In this document: positions 46,301 through 59,018 of the stretch, piece after piece | How positions within the stretch are numbered: position 1 is the stretch's first letter | Layout: every line of letters begins with the position of its first letter | From: Nemertoderma westbladi | Lineage: Eukaryota; Animalia; Xenacoelomorpha | Direction of reading: 5' to 3' | DNA length: 64,000 nt | Assembly (NCBI GenBank): GCA_032718475.1 | Contig: JAUCBJ010001447.1 | Span: 118,922-182,921, forward strand | Notes under the pieces: model-generated | Database searches by the model: none | What the model was told of the DNA's origin: nothing | What the model saw: only the letters and a program-made list of their open reading frames with translations | Position numbers and translations under genes: made by a program

Positions 46301-47036
46301 ACTAGGAGAACACAGCATAAGGTCAGTAAAAATGGTAGCGATAAAGAACTTCGCTACCAGCCAAGTGGAACCTTATAACTGGGATGAGGATGATTTCACC
46401 CAGCAGCATGAGATACCTAGATTCAACACCGATTACCCTGGAGTCCAAATACTCATCGGTCAAAATGCGCATGAAGCGCTCGAGACATTGGAGAAACGGC
46501 CTGCTCAACCGCAACCACTACAAGCTTATGCGGGAAGAACTAGAGTGGGTTGGTACTTTACTGGCCCTTCCTGTATAACTCTCATGGAAAGATTACCGAA
46601 AGATCAGGTATATCAAGTAAGAGAATGGGAAGATGAGAGCAGTGAGTTAGACGATCCAACTGAGGGAAGACCATACTCCTCAGATAATGACGACATCAAC
46701 TCCAATGTAGATCAATGGAGACATTGCCCCGAGACGATTAATCTAGCCGACATCGCCTCCAGAGGAGCAACTCCTCAAGAACTGACAGATACTCCAGACT
46801 GGTTAGGTGAACCCGACTTCCTAAGTAAAGAAGATGAATGGCCTCCCCACCTTAACCCGGCTGAGATTAGACAGGCCAAGGGAGCGGAGAAAGTAACACA
46901 ACCACTAAATCGCCCAGCTGGTCGTTTATGTTTACTGGAAAGAGACCGAAAACTGTCCGGAAACTATGGAAGGCAAGATACTCTTCCCACGACCACCTCC
47001 CTAATCCAACAAATATCTAGGGACTCCATAACGTAA
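43362..47036 (+). CDS. gag: Element B Gag-protease polyprotein with RT, most of RNase H and integrase deleted in frame
   Basis: 1224 aa, close to A Gag and PR; three intact knuckles, ALLDSGSTGTF; then WRHCPETINLADIASRG (RNase H tail) and RPAGRLCLLE (IN tail). Confidence 0.9.
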   Translation: MSDTKQNLSDSLLDTTICDPDRSVERERPKFNSPPTVRKIIPSVVVSDPRLVKDRQLKQRQVEAERKAAAAAIEAERKVAVAAAEADGKAAERKIAVAEAELRASEETTQLELEKLQAEQEYLKKQRTAIVATQIRLLSRYTSRRQGFASSDEGDMRDPEGRGNKSRSSGRRRMLKRTLPPEVRMQLDSVDLGSTEPTDQIKIERLPTIVDEPEIIRPVLEITPLVIETPVLPEPTSKFPLHSTKLPVPHRTAPENVHVLDSERNINDLSPVVPRPPATTLAPPASAVEWVDEGRREMGLLLGQLREHRSCSSQQVQEMGETVQQLKGTIREGRLELQEVQQSIALERDKLVNLQKGIPPPPVTMCQPVRSEVFHAQGVEPTRIYTASEVETPIVNPIKGNYKLVDNDIPSRLDNNPRNLYTDNSILNNTMAQESFTRQMARTEAREAVKVGEIIKFNGDEMKWLPFNEYYKDNIQNSVLSNGEKLRFLIECLEGSPKLMALKFIGHPDGLRQVWDTLNIRYGNRNNIAKYLYAKLVAPRKFISSGIIEFSDEIQEICRQLDWLGKSHEYQNSMVVGALASTLPKGGVGTRWDKKVLYMMEQQRRDPTMADLMSFLDGEVKLQLLRQSREKTPENKVSEKPVSRRKVTPVCYTDDGKSQASQEEDSGKDTERSYYVNKTHKDVSKFKSRTNYRREQVRKTPPTSPKRIHVRKPEERTSVHNVTQSKVSNIKPKCVLCDGPHRLNACNEFLKKSLKDRREVMWDKRLCYNCLRRGHQRRTCYSDARCAKCGAKHHILLHTEFERNSLSQVSESELHVQFSDVNDTDQSSEMEGFYTDEFSDQSFEMEGFYTDEFSDENESCYLINTAVYRALTYEKETDSELPLTTSDRQPSWKAPTSNVGIRAFPVVQLRVHGPKRSYIVNALLDSGSTGTFIDKELAEDIFAGQPKFRTKLNMSGIMQVWKSTVIADYYVGALSTPQDELGEHSIRSVKMVAIKNFATSQVEPYNWDEDDFTQQHEIPRFNTDYPGVQILIGQNAHEALETLEKRPAQPQPLQAYAGRTRVGWYFTGPSCITLMERLPKDQVYQVREWEDESSELDDPTEGRPYSSDNDDINSNVDQWRHCPETINLADIASRGATPQELTDTPDWLGEPDFLSKEDEWPPHLNPAEIRQAKGAEKVTQPLNRPAGRLCLLERDRKLSGNYGRQDTLPTTTSLIQQISRDSIT

Positions 47037-48656
47037 CAACATACGGAGTGGGTGTGTGACTATATTATTTTATATTTATTTTATTATTTTATATTATGTA
47101 TGTATTATTATGTAATTTTATTATAATCGTTTTCTTTAATTTTATTTAGTCAAATGTTATTTAGCGATTATTTAGTAGATTAGTGCAATATATTAGTGTT
47201 TATTACTTAATTACTTATATATTATATATTTAGTGCGACGGCGAGAAATAATTCTTTTTCTCTTTCCTTACTGTCCATATCATATTATAAATACGTAACT
47301 ACAGTAAGATGAAATATCCGTACTTATTAAAGTACAATAAAGCTCCTACTATCTTCAAGTATTATTGGTAGGCAGAGTATTAGGAATGCAAAGTTCAGAT
47401 CCTCGTGTCTCGGCTAAACCAAGCTCTGGGTAGACCTTGGAAACGACTTGCCTCTTCACACTGACATTGCTTCGTGCGATATTGCTCTCATACCGTATAT
47501 TAAATAATACATATAGTAGCGTGATGTCCCTTTAACAGTAGCGTAAAACGCAAAATAAATCTGTTAAACCCTTTGACCATCTGTAATTCTAGTCGATTAA
47601 GATATCGCGGCACCCACCGATATACTTGAAAGACAAAATTTAGAATCAGTGGTTAACGTCCCCAGGCATGTTCTGGAATAAACCGGTGCCCATCCTAAAT
47701 ATTAATTATTAATATTTTTAAAATCTGTCAAATTTTAGATCCTTTAAAATTCTAGTCTATTAAGATATCGTAGCACTTACCGATATTCTTAAAAAGACAA
47801 ATCCCTAGAATCAAGGATCCCAGTCCCCAGATATGTTCTGGAATAAAATTGTGTCTATTTTAATATTAAATAATAAAATTTACGGGAATAAATGCTAATT
47901 CATCTCTTCCATGAATTTGATAAATTGTCATTTTGTACAAATTATAACATTCCCAAAATTCCATTAATTAATAGATCATGGGAGCGGAGATTCACCCTAT
48001 TAAGTGTATTAGTGTGCGAGAATCTCCAATATATAGTCAATAGCCGATAAAATTCATAAAATCATATATAAAGATGATATTGACCATTAAAGACTTACTA
48101 TTAAATAGCATCCCAGATCTGTATGCATGGGAATTACCCTAATTCTACCGCTAGCTTTCCATAATGTCACCATAGCAACAACCACTCTAGAATTAGAAGC
48201 GAGTTAACAGAACAATAAAAAGCTTGCTCATTGAATAGCATATGGAATAAATAGCACACCGCTAGTATCCAAGGATACATAATAACAACGTGACATTCTG
48301 GAAGGCACTTGACTAACGGACAAATGACCCGAATGTGTGATAGAATGTGTACCATTTGTGACAGTTACGTGGAATTTGTGCGTTTGTAGGTGAATGTTAC
48401 TACTAAGGTGTGTTTACAGTAGCGAGTCGCAATTGTGAAAGTAGCCCTAACTCTCCAGTAAGAACCTGAAGTATATCTAAGCCTTTGGGACGGACGGTGG
48501 AGTGACTCGTGCTGGTAGTTGTAGTCGTTGTGCAGCTACGACGTTGGCGATAGGCACATCGGCGAAAGTACACCAGCGCTGAGGATCTCGCACTGTCCGG
48601 GGGCAGAGAGGGGTAGGCAGCGACGCCCGCTCGCCTAAATATAAACTCATTATAAT

Positions 48657-50256
48657 ATGGATAAACTTATATAGCAGATATGATTGAGTTGATAGAAGAT
48701 GATCTTGGTATCAGGGAGCGATATACTCTACCTTTACAAGCGTTTGTTGATAGCTTGATACGCGGCGACGCTGGTCCAACTACTACGGAGGACGATGGTC
48801 GTTATATCTAACCACCAATGTCCCGGGAGCAACTTGCGCGTGGGTTGGACTGTAGAAAATTCACCGCTCGCTGTGCGCGTCGTAAATGGTACGTATATGG
48901 ACTTCTTAACTACTGGTCATCCTATCGACCTACACGATACGAACGATATAGACACCAAAAGGGAAATGGTTTTATTTAAATATCATACCCAGCGGAAGCG
49001 GAACGATAAACTGAGACTCGAACACGAAAATTCTATTCGAAACCGACTCGAAAGTGAAGATGTTGAAGAGCCGGATAAACGCAGCGACTTCACCAAAATA
49101 TCTGGAATTCTTGAGAGAAACATATCTCGATATTACCAGTCAACAGAATCTAGAAACTCGATATCCTCAAGGTATATATCATGACCGCATGGTAGAACTC
49201 AAACGGCTCTATTCCACTATGATGTATCTTACCGCCGATCGACCGCTACCTGTTGTACCGGATAGCTTCGAACAGATGGAGGAATATTGTAAGCTGGAGA
49301 AAGATCACTCGCGTTTCCCCTACAAGACGTGCGTCTTTGGTATTATTGCGATGAATGCCCTAGACCCAACCAACAAACGGAAAGACCTAAACATCCGCGG
49401 AGACGTTGCACTAAACACGGTTTTACTCGCTATACTTGCGGGAGTTTCGAGCGAAATTTGTTTGACGTATCACCTACGCTCGTTCGACTCAGACAATCCT
49501 TAAATAAACCAATGATCAGAGTTTCGGAATACTCGATCAGACCTCCTCATTCCCTAGTGAGACCTCAGACTCTTGATCCTATTAGTATGACGGATCCTCC
49601 CGAGCTGTACTCACTGTTCAAAGATCTAGTGTTACCTGAACAATTAGTCGGTGGCACCCCGGTTGTGGGCTTCCTAGCTATTAGCCCATCCTACCTAGCC
49701 GGATTGGGACGCGGACATTTAATATCGCCGTTTAACCCTTACCATCGTCCCGGCTTAACACGATATAACCTGTCACCAAAGTGGCGGAGAGCGTTGTACC
49801 AAATGAGTTAGACGCTATTCTACAAAGATCAGAAAAGGAACTTACGCTTGTTCAGATAAACGTAAATTGCACTAGCAAGTCCAAGCGGTAAACAAAGTAA
49901 CTTTATCTCAGTTCGATCGGGAAATCCAGAATCTCTAAGAAGTTATCGAACTTGGACGACCCTATTCTCTGCGAGAGTTTTTGGATGAACGTATCCAGCT
50001 ACGAGCGGAGGAAAATCAGCTCGAGGAGAAGCATATCGAAACGGCGGATACCCCGACCATAATCCTACACCTTCTGATGCAATCATATTGCACCCTTCAC
50101 CCAGGAGTTATAGCCCTCCTAGTAAAGTGGCTCCCCCCAAAGAGAAAAGGACTCTTGCTAGCTTTAAAAAACTGCGTAAACGCCGTCCACGCAAGAAAGA
50201 CTAACTGTTTAGAGTATTTTTATATTTTAGAAACTGTGATTTTTTATATTTTATAG
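48657..50256 (+). pseudogene. Fragmented extra ORF region in the 3' part of B, unknown product
   Basis: Staggered same-strand ORFs 48795..49184, 49054..49503, 49329..49811 and 49981..50256 in GC-elevated sequence before the PPT. Confidence 0.45.
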
Positions 50257-50282
50257 AATTAAATCCCATTTTCTGGGAGCGG

Positions 50283-51442
50283 TGTAAAAGCTTTTGTGGG
50301 ATATAACTGGCCCTTTTGCTTCGCAATCCAGTTTCCCTCAATGCGCTCAAATACTCTAAAGAAAAACTCCCTAACTCAAATGATGCAAGCTACCGGCTGA
50401 TTGGCTGATTTGCTGTACGTATGGCCTCTTTGTTCTGTTCGATCAACCAACCAGAGCAAGGTCAACCAAGCAGAGTGATTCATCCTGTGTGTTGGCTAAG
50501 GGCTGCAAAAACCCGAATAGTTCGGCATTTAGACATTCGTGGAATCTGTGGAATATGGAGCTCTGCCAATGAGAGCTTTTCCTCTTTGTGTTGAAAGCTA
50601 CCTGCAACAGCTCACAGGGTTCAGTGTGTTGGTTTTTCCAGAGCCTAGAACATCGGCTATGGAATTATTCTGAATTATTCCAGCATTAGAACGGCTTTAA
50701 TTATAAGAACACATAACTGTTACCCGTACAGTACGGTACGGTACCTACTGCTGTATTGCACATTATTTACTGCTATTTACTGTTTGTTATTAATTGTATC
50801 AGTTGTTTACATATTGTTATTTGGAGAATAACGATAAACGATCAGAAACCCCGATCTTCTTGATACACTAAGGTTAGAGAGACCGGTTACATATAGCAAT
50901 TGCGACTTATATTATCGTGGTTTGTAGTGAATTGAATGCTATTTTATAGGCCCTACAAATGTCGGTTGCTATTCTCCTTATATATGATTAAAATCAGTGA
51001 CTATCGGCAATTCAGTGTGCAGCGGTGTGCAATAGTCTGTATGTGCTTGTCCGCGTAACAAAGCATCTCCTAAAGAATGCGCCTTATGTGATTTATAAGC
51101 CATCCCGTTGTGTTTAGTGTAAGTCATAGCTCTGTTTATATAGATAGAGCGCCACGTCCTAAAAGAACTGCTAATATTTCCCGAAAGTGAATAATATTTG
51201 TCAGAGATTATATATTAACGATCAATCGAATAGTACGGTAGGCCTGCACCGCAATCAAATTAAAGCATCCGAATCCAGTCTCCCGGGTATATCCAGCGGG
51301 TGAATGGTCGCGCATAGACTGGCTTCGGCTAATGTTGGATTTATTTGTCTCAAATACTTGTCATAGGCTAAAGTCAATTTATAACCTAGAAGACATATAG
51401 ATTTGGCGGGTTAAACTGCCAAAGGTCTTAAAAGCGCGAACA
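50283..51442 (+). repeat. 3' LTR of element B (1160 bp)
   Basis: Direct repeat of 23434..24584. Confidence 0.95.
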
Positions 51443-52365
51443 GGGTGCAAAAATGTGGTGCTAGCACCAAATTTTGAAAACCATCAAATATAACAATTGA
51501 TTGTGTCACCTTGTTTCTTGCGTTATACGGGTTTGTGATGGTTCTGAATTCAATGGAATCAGTAAAAATTTCATAAGAGTTCTCAAACTTGTATTTTTCG
51601 CCGGTGACTGAAAATTGTTGTGCCAGCACCAAATTTTGGAAAATATGCAAATTGATCAGTAGATAGTATCACCTTGTTTCTTGCGTTATACGGGTTTATG
51701 AGGGTCCCGAATCCGATGGAATCAATAAAAACAGCACTGGACATCGCAAACTTGTACTTTTTGGTGATGGGTACGAAATTTGGTGCTAGCACCAAAATTT
51801 ACCAAATTACGCCGAAAAAATACAAGTAGCAATGATCTGGCATATTAGAAATGTATTCCATTAGAATCAGCGCCCTCGAAAACCTGAAAATACGAATTTA
51901 TAGCATCGTATAAGTGAGTTAAAAATTTTGTGTTCTAACTGAAAAGTGCTGGTTACTTGTTTTTTTCATTTTTTTCCTATGCAGAGAGGACTAAACAGCC
52001 ATTTATAGTAATCATATCATTTTTAAATATTTTCCAATGTATTTTACACCCCAGAAAACCTGTATTGAAAAATAATTAGTCGAAAATGTAACTTTCAAAT
52101 TTTGTGAAAATTGTGCACTACTTGTCATTTTGGTGCTGCAATACAACCACCCCAGTACATTTTTTCGGTCGCATCCAGAAAAGTGATACCTACGTACAAA
52201 CAAAAAAATCAGACGTTTTCGTAAATATTTGTAGATTTTAGAGGGGGGGGGGGGGGGTCAATATGACCCCCCCCCCCCCCCCCCCGGTATTTGTACAACA
52301 TTTTATAGCCCGGTACTAATAGGGTTAATATGCTGCATCAATAATGGAGTTGGAGGTATTTTTTC

Positions 52366-52689
52366 TCATAGCAGTGTAACCAATACTGGCTGATCTGGAA
52401 TGGCACTCAAAAAGCCATCCAGTTGACGCTTAAATGCTGCAATGGAACATCCCGTTAGATTACGTATACGACGGGGTATAGAATTGAATAATTTAGGACC
52501 CATTACGCAAAAACTCTCGTCATATAGAGATCTCACACGACCAATTCCATGTAAAGGGGGTATAACACACAAACGACCACGTCTGTCACTTATGTAATAT
52601 TTAATAGCGGCGCTGGTGTTCGTTAGGTTGGGAACAATTTTTTCGAGAATCTTCCATAATAACAATGTAGCGTTCCCTCCTCCTCTCAA
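52366..52689 (-). mobile_element. Non-LTR retrotransposon (CR1/Jockey-like) 3' fragment
   Basis: SFCVMGPKLFNSIPRRIRN..FKRQLDGFLSAIPDQP, typical LINE ORF2 C-terminus. Confidence 0.65.
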
Positions 52690-54504
52690 GTGAATATATA
52701 CTTAAACTTGTGATGTCCCCTTAGTGGACATTACTTAACGCCGTATGGGTTACCATGTAAACAATAACACCAAATACAATACTAAATGTACAGGCCAATA
52801 CAATGCTGTAATGCCCTCTAAATTTGTAAAGTGCTAAATAACAACTCGCTGTTAATACTAACGGCGTTGAGTAATGCTACAATTTTGGTGATAATATAAT
52901 TATGTTAAAATAATTATTATAATCAATATAAGTATAAATATAAATTATTCACAAGAAATATCATAACTACAAAATACTTAATCGATTCATAGAGTACAGA
53001 TGACGGTCTATAATGAGTTCTTCACTTAATACTATTGCACGATCTGCTTACTCTAGACTGTCAACTACACATTGAATAGCGATATATTTCACCAACGGAT
53101 TTAATACCCAAATTTACTAACATGCTACTAGCACTATTCACAGTATCTGAAATAGGGTTATGTAGACGAATTTTATACACGAAAGCCAGCTGGACTAAAG
53201 TACATTTCCGACCATAATGACTGCATTATTCATATAACATATACATGCAATAATAACTGATATTTATGGTAGTTTTAACATGTGTACAGTGTACAAAAAG
53301 AGCCGAACTTATGAATGAGCAACGAATATTACGAATATTGGCTCAGCAATAAAACTTTCTAGTCTGACATACTTTAATGATATATCCTCGCCTATATCTG
53401 TACGCCATATATTTCCATGATAATATTTATTTCATTGAATTACTTGATGGTATACCACGCTGAATTCTTCTCGAAATTGGATAGTTCTGAAAGAGGACAA
53501 TTCTCGAAATCTACCGAAAATTTATAGGAAAGCTTTAGCCTGCATGGTTAAACTAGCTAAAGCTATGCATTCACTTATAAGGGGGCCCATCTAATATTTC
53601 GACATTAGATTTATCTATAACAAAATGATGTGGGTCATATTTCGAATAATAGCAGTATTAATTCAAATAAATCCACGCGAAATATAAATTCATTAATACA
53701 GCAGCTACCTGCAGCTTCTGGCTAGCTCATTAGTCCTGCATTGTGTGACTTGAATATCGACATTTTGGTGACGATTATGCCTGCCAAATTGATTAACTAA
53801 CTACCGGTTGACCGGTAGAGCCAATACAAATTACTACCAGACTGCCACCTGAGCAAGAGTAGATACTTTACAATACCACTGGATTAGTAGTTTATCAACC
53901 ATTAAATATCTCTTATCGGACGTCAATTTCCGAAACTATGCTAGCCTCTACCGGTCTGCCGGTAGTTAGGCCTAGTTAATGAACGAGACATAGTTATGTT
54001 TTCGGAATGGTTTAGAACGGTAATACTTTTTTTAAAAGTTATATTATATAATCACAACATGCAAATTAATGCCAATGTTGACATTTATGAACTGGAAAAA
54101 TGCACTTCAAAGGCCGTATATAGTAGGCTATATAGTATATAATGCAACAATACACCTCACAAGTAACAACCTACACCAGCGCCCCCTACCTGTCTACACC
54201 TAACAGCTACGTAAGCATACAAGTTAGAATAATAGTTGCGCACATAAAACGTGGTACCTTCGCTTAGCTGGACATTAATTTCAATTAGATATTTTGTGTA
54301 ATGCTCAACATGCTCAACTGTTCTGAGCGCAGCTGAAATGCTTTGTAAAGGTAAATAGCGATATTCGTAATAATCTGCGGTTATCTGGCTCCTAGTAAGT
54401 TTTTAAAGTTAACTACAGACACATGGCTAGCACCCATACTGTACCTGTGTGGTAAATATCGCATTCGCAAATTGCGATAGACTGGGCATACCAGTAGGAA
54501 GTGA

Positions 54505-54730
54505 ACGGGAAGGGAAGGGAAGTGTGCGGGGGGGAAGTGTCCGGGGGGGAAGTGTCTGGGGGGGAAGTGTCCGGGGGGAAAGTGTCAGGGAGGGAAGTGT
54601 CCGGGGGGGGAGGTGTCAGGGAGGGAAGTCTCCGGGGGGAGGTGTCAGGGAGGGAAGTGTCCGGGGGGGAGGACTGTCCGGGGGGGGGGCTGTCCGGGGG
54701 GGGGGGGTGTCCAGGGGGAAGTGTCCGCAC
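54505..54730. repeat. G-rich minisatellite (GGGGGGAAGTGTCC units), probably an arm of a MITE
   Basis: About 14 degenerate 14-16-bp units next to a LINE fragment. Confidence 0.75.
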
Positions 54731-55260
54731 AACCCTGCGAATGAACACCTTGGGATTAGTAACATGCTGGGTGGCCCAGACATCACTTGCACCCAGGCTA
54801 TCAAGAACATTCTTTACAGCAGAAGCCCAATTACTGGAATGGTCACTGTTACTTTTCAACATTATTTAAGCCTGCTTTATAAGTCTGCAATCGCTCATTT
54901 TAATAATTTTTTTCAACCAGTATTTAATGATGGCTACTTTTCTACTTATACATAGGGGCACAATACCTGTGTCACCATAAACCATAATATACAATGGTGT
55001 GCTTTTTTTAACTTTTAGTAGCGTCCGCAGAAATCTCCTATGCAGTAATTCAACATCAACCGCAGTATGAAACCCCCATATTTCGCTGTTGTAACTCAAA
55101 ATAAGCTTTCTCAGCGAATTAAAAAGACAACCTCTGCTCCCATATTAGGGAAGGCAGCCATATATTTTACCAGGGAAAAATACGCTTTGTTAGCTTTCTC
55201 CGCCAAAGACTTTTGAGTTCTGTAGAAATTGCCCGTATAAGAAAATACTACACATCCGGG
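54730..55260 (-). mobile_element. Degenerate non-LTR retrotransposon fragment (region downstream of RT)
   Basis: YNSEIWGF..LHRRFLRTLLKVKKSTP..VYGDTG.VPL..IIKYWLK and WASAVKNVLDSLGASDVW in adjacent frames. Confidence 0.6.
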
Positions 55261-55714
55261 CAAAATAAGTAAAAAGGAAACTTCTTTGACTCCCTGTCCC
55301 CGGTAAAACCAGCGTTCGTTTATACCTAATTTACCTCCTCGTCTAAACGCGACGACATCTGGTACAGTAATGGTAATCAATTGTTACTAAAACAGGCCAA
55401 ATACGCAATAGTGACTTAATTAGTATATATTTGAAGCTATTATATATGACTTTTGATACGTATATTATTTATTTATTATTGAAATCGGATAATGAAAACG
55501 TAAAATGGGCTCCATTTACGTGAATGCATTCAATGGAATGTATTTTTTAATGTTTCCTTTCTTAGTGGTTTACAGCGCTTATTTCTCTAATTGCTTCTTA
55601 TAATTTGTGTAGATATAAATTATTTTATTGTTTTGGTGCGAATTTACACTTCTGGTCTACTACTACTGTACCACTGCCAGGTCGAGCGAACTCGGACAGT
55701 GGAAATTACTCGGA

Positions 55715-56080
55715 CAGTGGACAGTGGTTGCTACACAAGACTACTAAGGGGAGCCCTAAACATTAGCTGGATACAACATATGTCAAATGCCGAGCTCTAT
55801 GGTGCTCTACCACCTGTATCAATCACCCTCCGTGAACGCAGATTAAGATTCAGTGGGCACTGTTGGAGAAGTAAAGACGAGGTCATACCAGATCTACTTT
55901 TCAGGCAACCAACTCAAGGAAAGCGTAGTCGTGGACGACCGGCCATAACATATATAGATCAACTTGAAAGGGATATTATTGAACTTGGGAGAAACGAAAT
56001 TGCGACAACTATGGAGAATCGGGAAGCCTGGAAGGATTTCATTGCCACTGCCCGAGCTCACTCGACCTAGTAGTAGTAGT
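55715..56080 (+). mobile_element. RTE-like LINE 3' end
   Basis: CYTRLLRGALNISW..RRLRFSGHCWR..GKRSRGRP..YIDQL..MENREAW followed by a (TAG)n tail. Confidence 0.75.
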
Positions 56081-58023
56081 TATTGGTGGGAGGGTTTACT
56101 GTGAAAGATCACCCGTGGTGGTGGACAGACATTCCCTGGCTTTTGGTTTAATAAGCTTAAGAGATTTTCCCATTCATACTGTATTTTGATTATGTTTGTG
56201 TCTGTGTTTAATTAACGCGCTAACTATTAATTATCACAGTTCTAGATGCACAAACTATTGATCACCACTGCAACACAGCAACATGAAGTAGATTACGCAT
56301 TACGACTGTATAGTATACTACACTTAGAATACAATATAATTAACATTGTTTATTACATTGCAGCGTAGAGCCATAATGTTCCAGATGCATCACATTCAAC
56401 ATTGCGATCAATACAAACGAAATGCAAGGAGATTTTGAGGAAATATTTATCTATTTAGATTTATATCATTGTGTAAAAAGGATATTTTTCAGGGTTCTTT
56501 CTCACCAGAGTGTATTTATGTAGTGACCGAGCGTAGCGAGGGAGGTTTACATAAATAAACAGGGAGGCTTAATTAAACCCTTTAATATATTCAAATCTTA
56601 TTTTATAGGGATATTATTGATGAAATTCTTATCCATTTATGCATTTAATCGTAGTGACTACAACAAAATTTGTATAGTAAAACTTACAAAGTCACTAATC
56701 AATGGAGATTACTAAAGCCATATAATAAATATTATTTAAAAATTGCAGAGCAATTACATAATAATAATACATTGTAATAAAATAATTAATATAAAGAATG
56801 GAAATATGTAAAGATTTAAATATGACTATAGATCGATACTGGAAAATGTTAATTAATTAGCATTAGTATTATACTTGGTCAACGAAACGAATATATCCTA
56901 ATATTATATTATTTAGTAAGTAGTAACCTAACACGAGATAACAATGAATAAAGAATGCGTGGAATTCAAATATAAAATAATATGGGAGATTAAAAAATTG
57001 TAAAATTATTATTATTGGAGAATGATCCGATTAAATGAATTAGATTTTTCAGAAGTGTCAATAACGTGCAACACGTCACTGCGGGATGTACCATTGCTAT
57101 ACGATTGTGTATATCTTATCTCTAAAGTGGCAGCTTCAAGCCTCGAGTGTACTAGAGTAAAACAGCGGCCAAATCTGCGAAGACCCAACACAGATCTACA
57201 ACCACTACCATATCAATATTTAATTCAGTTATGAATGTTGTTATTTGTGCGGAGGATGAGATTGAAATAAGGTACAATAAGAACTTAATTATTTATTCGT
57301 TATAATATAATAAAGACAATATATAATAAAATGTGAAACATAAGTTAGAATAATGTTAAAAATGAGATTTAAAAGTAACCAAAATATTAACATTTTTCGA
57401 CTTGTATTGTATACACTTACAGAATATCGAATTCTTATATTGTTTTCTTCTGCTATCCGGTTGTCGAACGACGCAAATATGATGATGTTTTTATATAAGT
57501 GTAAGTGTATAGCGACCTGAATCTATCAAACAATAGTTTAAAAATTTGAAAAATTGCACACATTCGCCATACAAACACACACGTAAAATATTTAAATGAA
57601 CAGGTCAAAGGGAAACATACAATTATGTTTAGTTAAATATAATTTATACTAAATATAAGTAATATTTGTTCCCTCCACTTTACAATTTCGTCGCTGACAG
57701 CTGGGTTCAGGTAATATGGCGCTAATATTAGTATGTTAACACTGAGTTAGAGAACATATATAGCAGAAAACATGTTGTATGGTTTAACGGCTTTGAACCA
57801 TATGTTGTTTTCACTGAAATATTAAAATATCCTGGCTAAGAATCAAGTCTGCATCCCATTTTTATTTTTGTAATCTAAGTTGGATTTATATTTATTTGGT
57901 GCTTAAAGATAATCCGTAATTAAGGACAGATGTCGTGGTTTATTAATGGATTATTTAATCCGAGATATTTATCAATTTACTTATAAATTTTGTATGATAT
58001 TGTAATAAGTTGTTCAGAAATTG

Positions 58024-58184
58024 AAAAAATGAGAAAGGCGTCACCGGGGGTTGAACCAGCGCTATACGTACGTTTCGGCCTAACAGACTTCTTCAGTAGC
58101 GCTAATAGGTTCAGCCACTCACCCCTGACATTCACCTTTCTATTTATTCCACTTCTACTGAACAGGTAGTCTTTAGTTGCATAT
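58024..58184 (-). ncRNA. Minimal type I hammerhead ribozyme in a short dispersed repeat (copy 2)
   Basis: AGCGCTA-CTGAAGA-AGTCTGTTAGGCC-GAAAC-GTAC-GTA-TAGCGCT at 58058..58103. Confidence 0.75.
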
Positions 58185-59018
58185 AAATTGTAAATTAGTT
58201 CACTTATAAATTATGTATATATATATATTATTTTATAGTAGTTAAAATAGTTAACATCGTTAAAATGTTAGTTAAATTTTAGTAATACCAACAAATATGA
58301 AAAATACTAACAAAATTATTTATACGAGTAAATTAAAAAATTAACTTTCCATTATTTTATACAGATAAGGAAAAAATGTATTATGATTAGTATAATTTAA
58401 CCACGGCTCAAAAAGCCGGTTTATCCAATATAATAGCAGAAGTTGCAAAGATATCTTTCAGAAATATCCAATCACAAACAGGTTCAGGTTTGGATTTTGT
58501 GGCAGCTTCTATTGCTCAATCGTAAACAACTCATATCAGCAGATCATACTCACCGAATATTTATCTCCGGCGATATTTCATAAGTTACACTACAGTTCTG
58601 GTTCCTGAATGGAAAGCTGGCATTAGCATGGATTCCTCCAGCGAGATCAGGTGGGCGAGGTCGATGGGGGGGGGGGGGGAGGTTTCCCTCATGTAAGGTT
58701 GCAATCCCTGCACCCTGAGACGCAGCCACCACAAGTAGGATATTCCGGTAGTCCTGGGCCAACTGGGGGGATTGAGCTTTTCTATGACTTCTGCAAAAAA
58801 GGATCATGAATCCATAGGTCAGATGAAGAGTTTCGAAAACCCAAGCTGGGAAGAAGGCAAGGTCCTCACTGAATGGGCTGTCTCCAGGTTTTGGAAGTCA
58901 CATAGGATTCGCCAGAAACTTTAATGTCCCACTAAAGTTCCACTAATTACAGCGGCATTAGAACCAATACCATGATCGGCTCTAACGGTTAAGAACACCA
59001 ACTCTCTGAATGGTAATG

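Larger units (their letters stand above)
23434..51442 (+). mobile_element. Non-autonomous BEL/Pao element B (Gag-PR only; relative of A), interrupted by C
   Basis: LTRs 23434..24584 and 50283..51442, TG...CA, TSD GGGTG (23429..23433 / 51443..51447), PPT GGGAGCGG. Confidence 0.95.
22748..52324. mobile_element. Non-autonomous piggyBac-type DNA transposon (about 1.56 kb) split by the insertion of B
   Basis: TTAA at 22744..22747 and 52325..52328; TIR CCCTATTAAACCCGGG / CCCGGTACTAATAGGG; subterminal GGGTCAATATGACCC palindromes; internal repeats of about 160 bp (CAAACTTGTATTTTTCG..GGTGCTAGCACCAAATTTTG) continue on both sides of B. Confidence 0.85.

Noticed and set aside
46690-46905. B ORF derived by splicing of an A-like RNA
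   Set aside because: Junctions do not follow GT-AG removal; the GT after GAGAAA is retained and filler sequence is present
54413-54955. Pro-rich and Gly-rich ORFs
   Set aside because: Translations of the G-rich minisatellite joined to a LINE fragment
58540-58990. Possible LINE RT remnant (LPKPGD, QLGFR on the minus strand)
   Set aside because: Only two short motifs in broken frames; too weak to call
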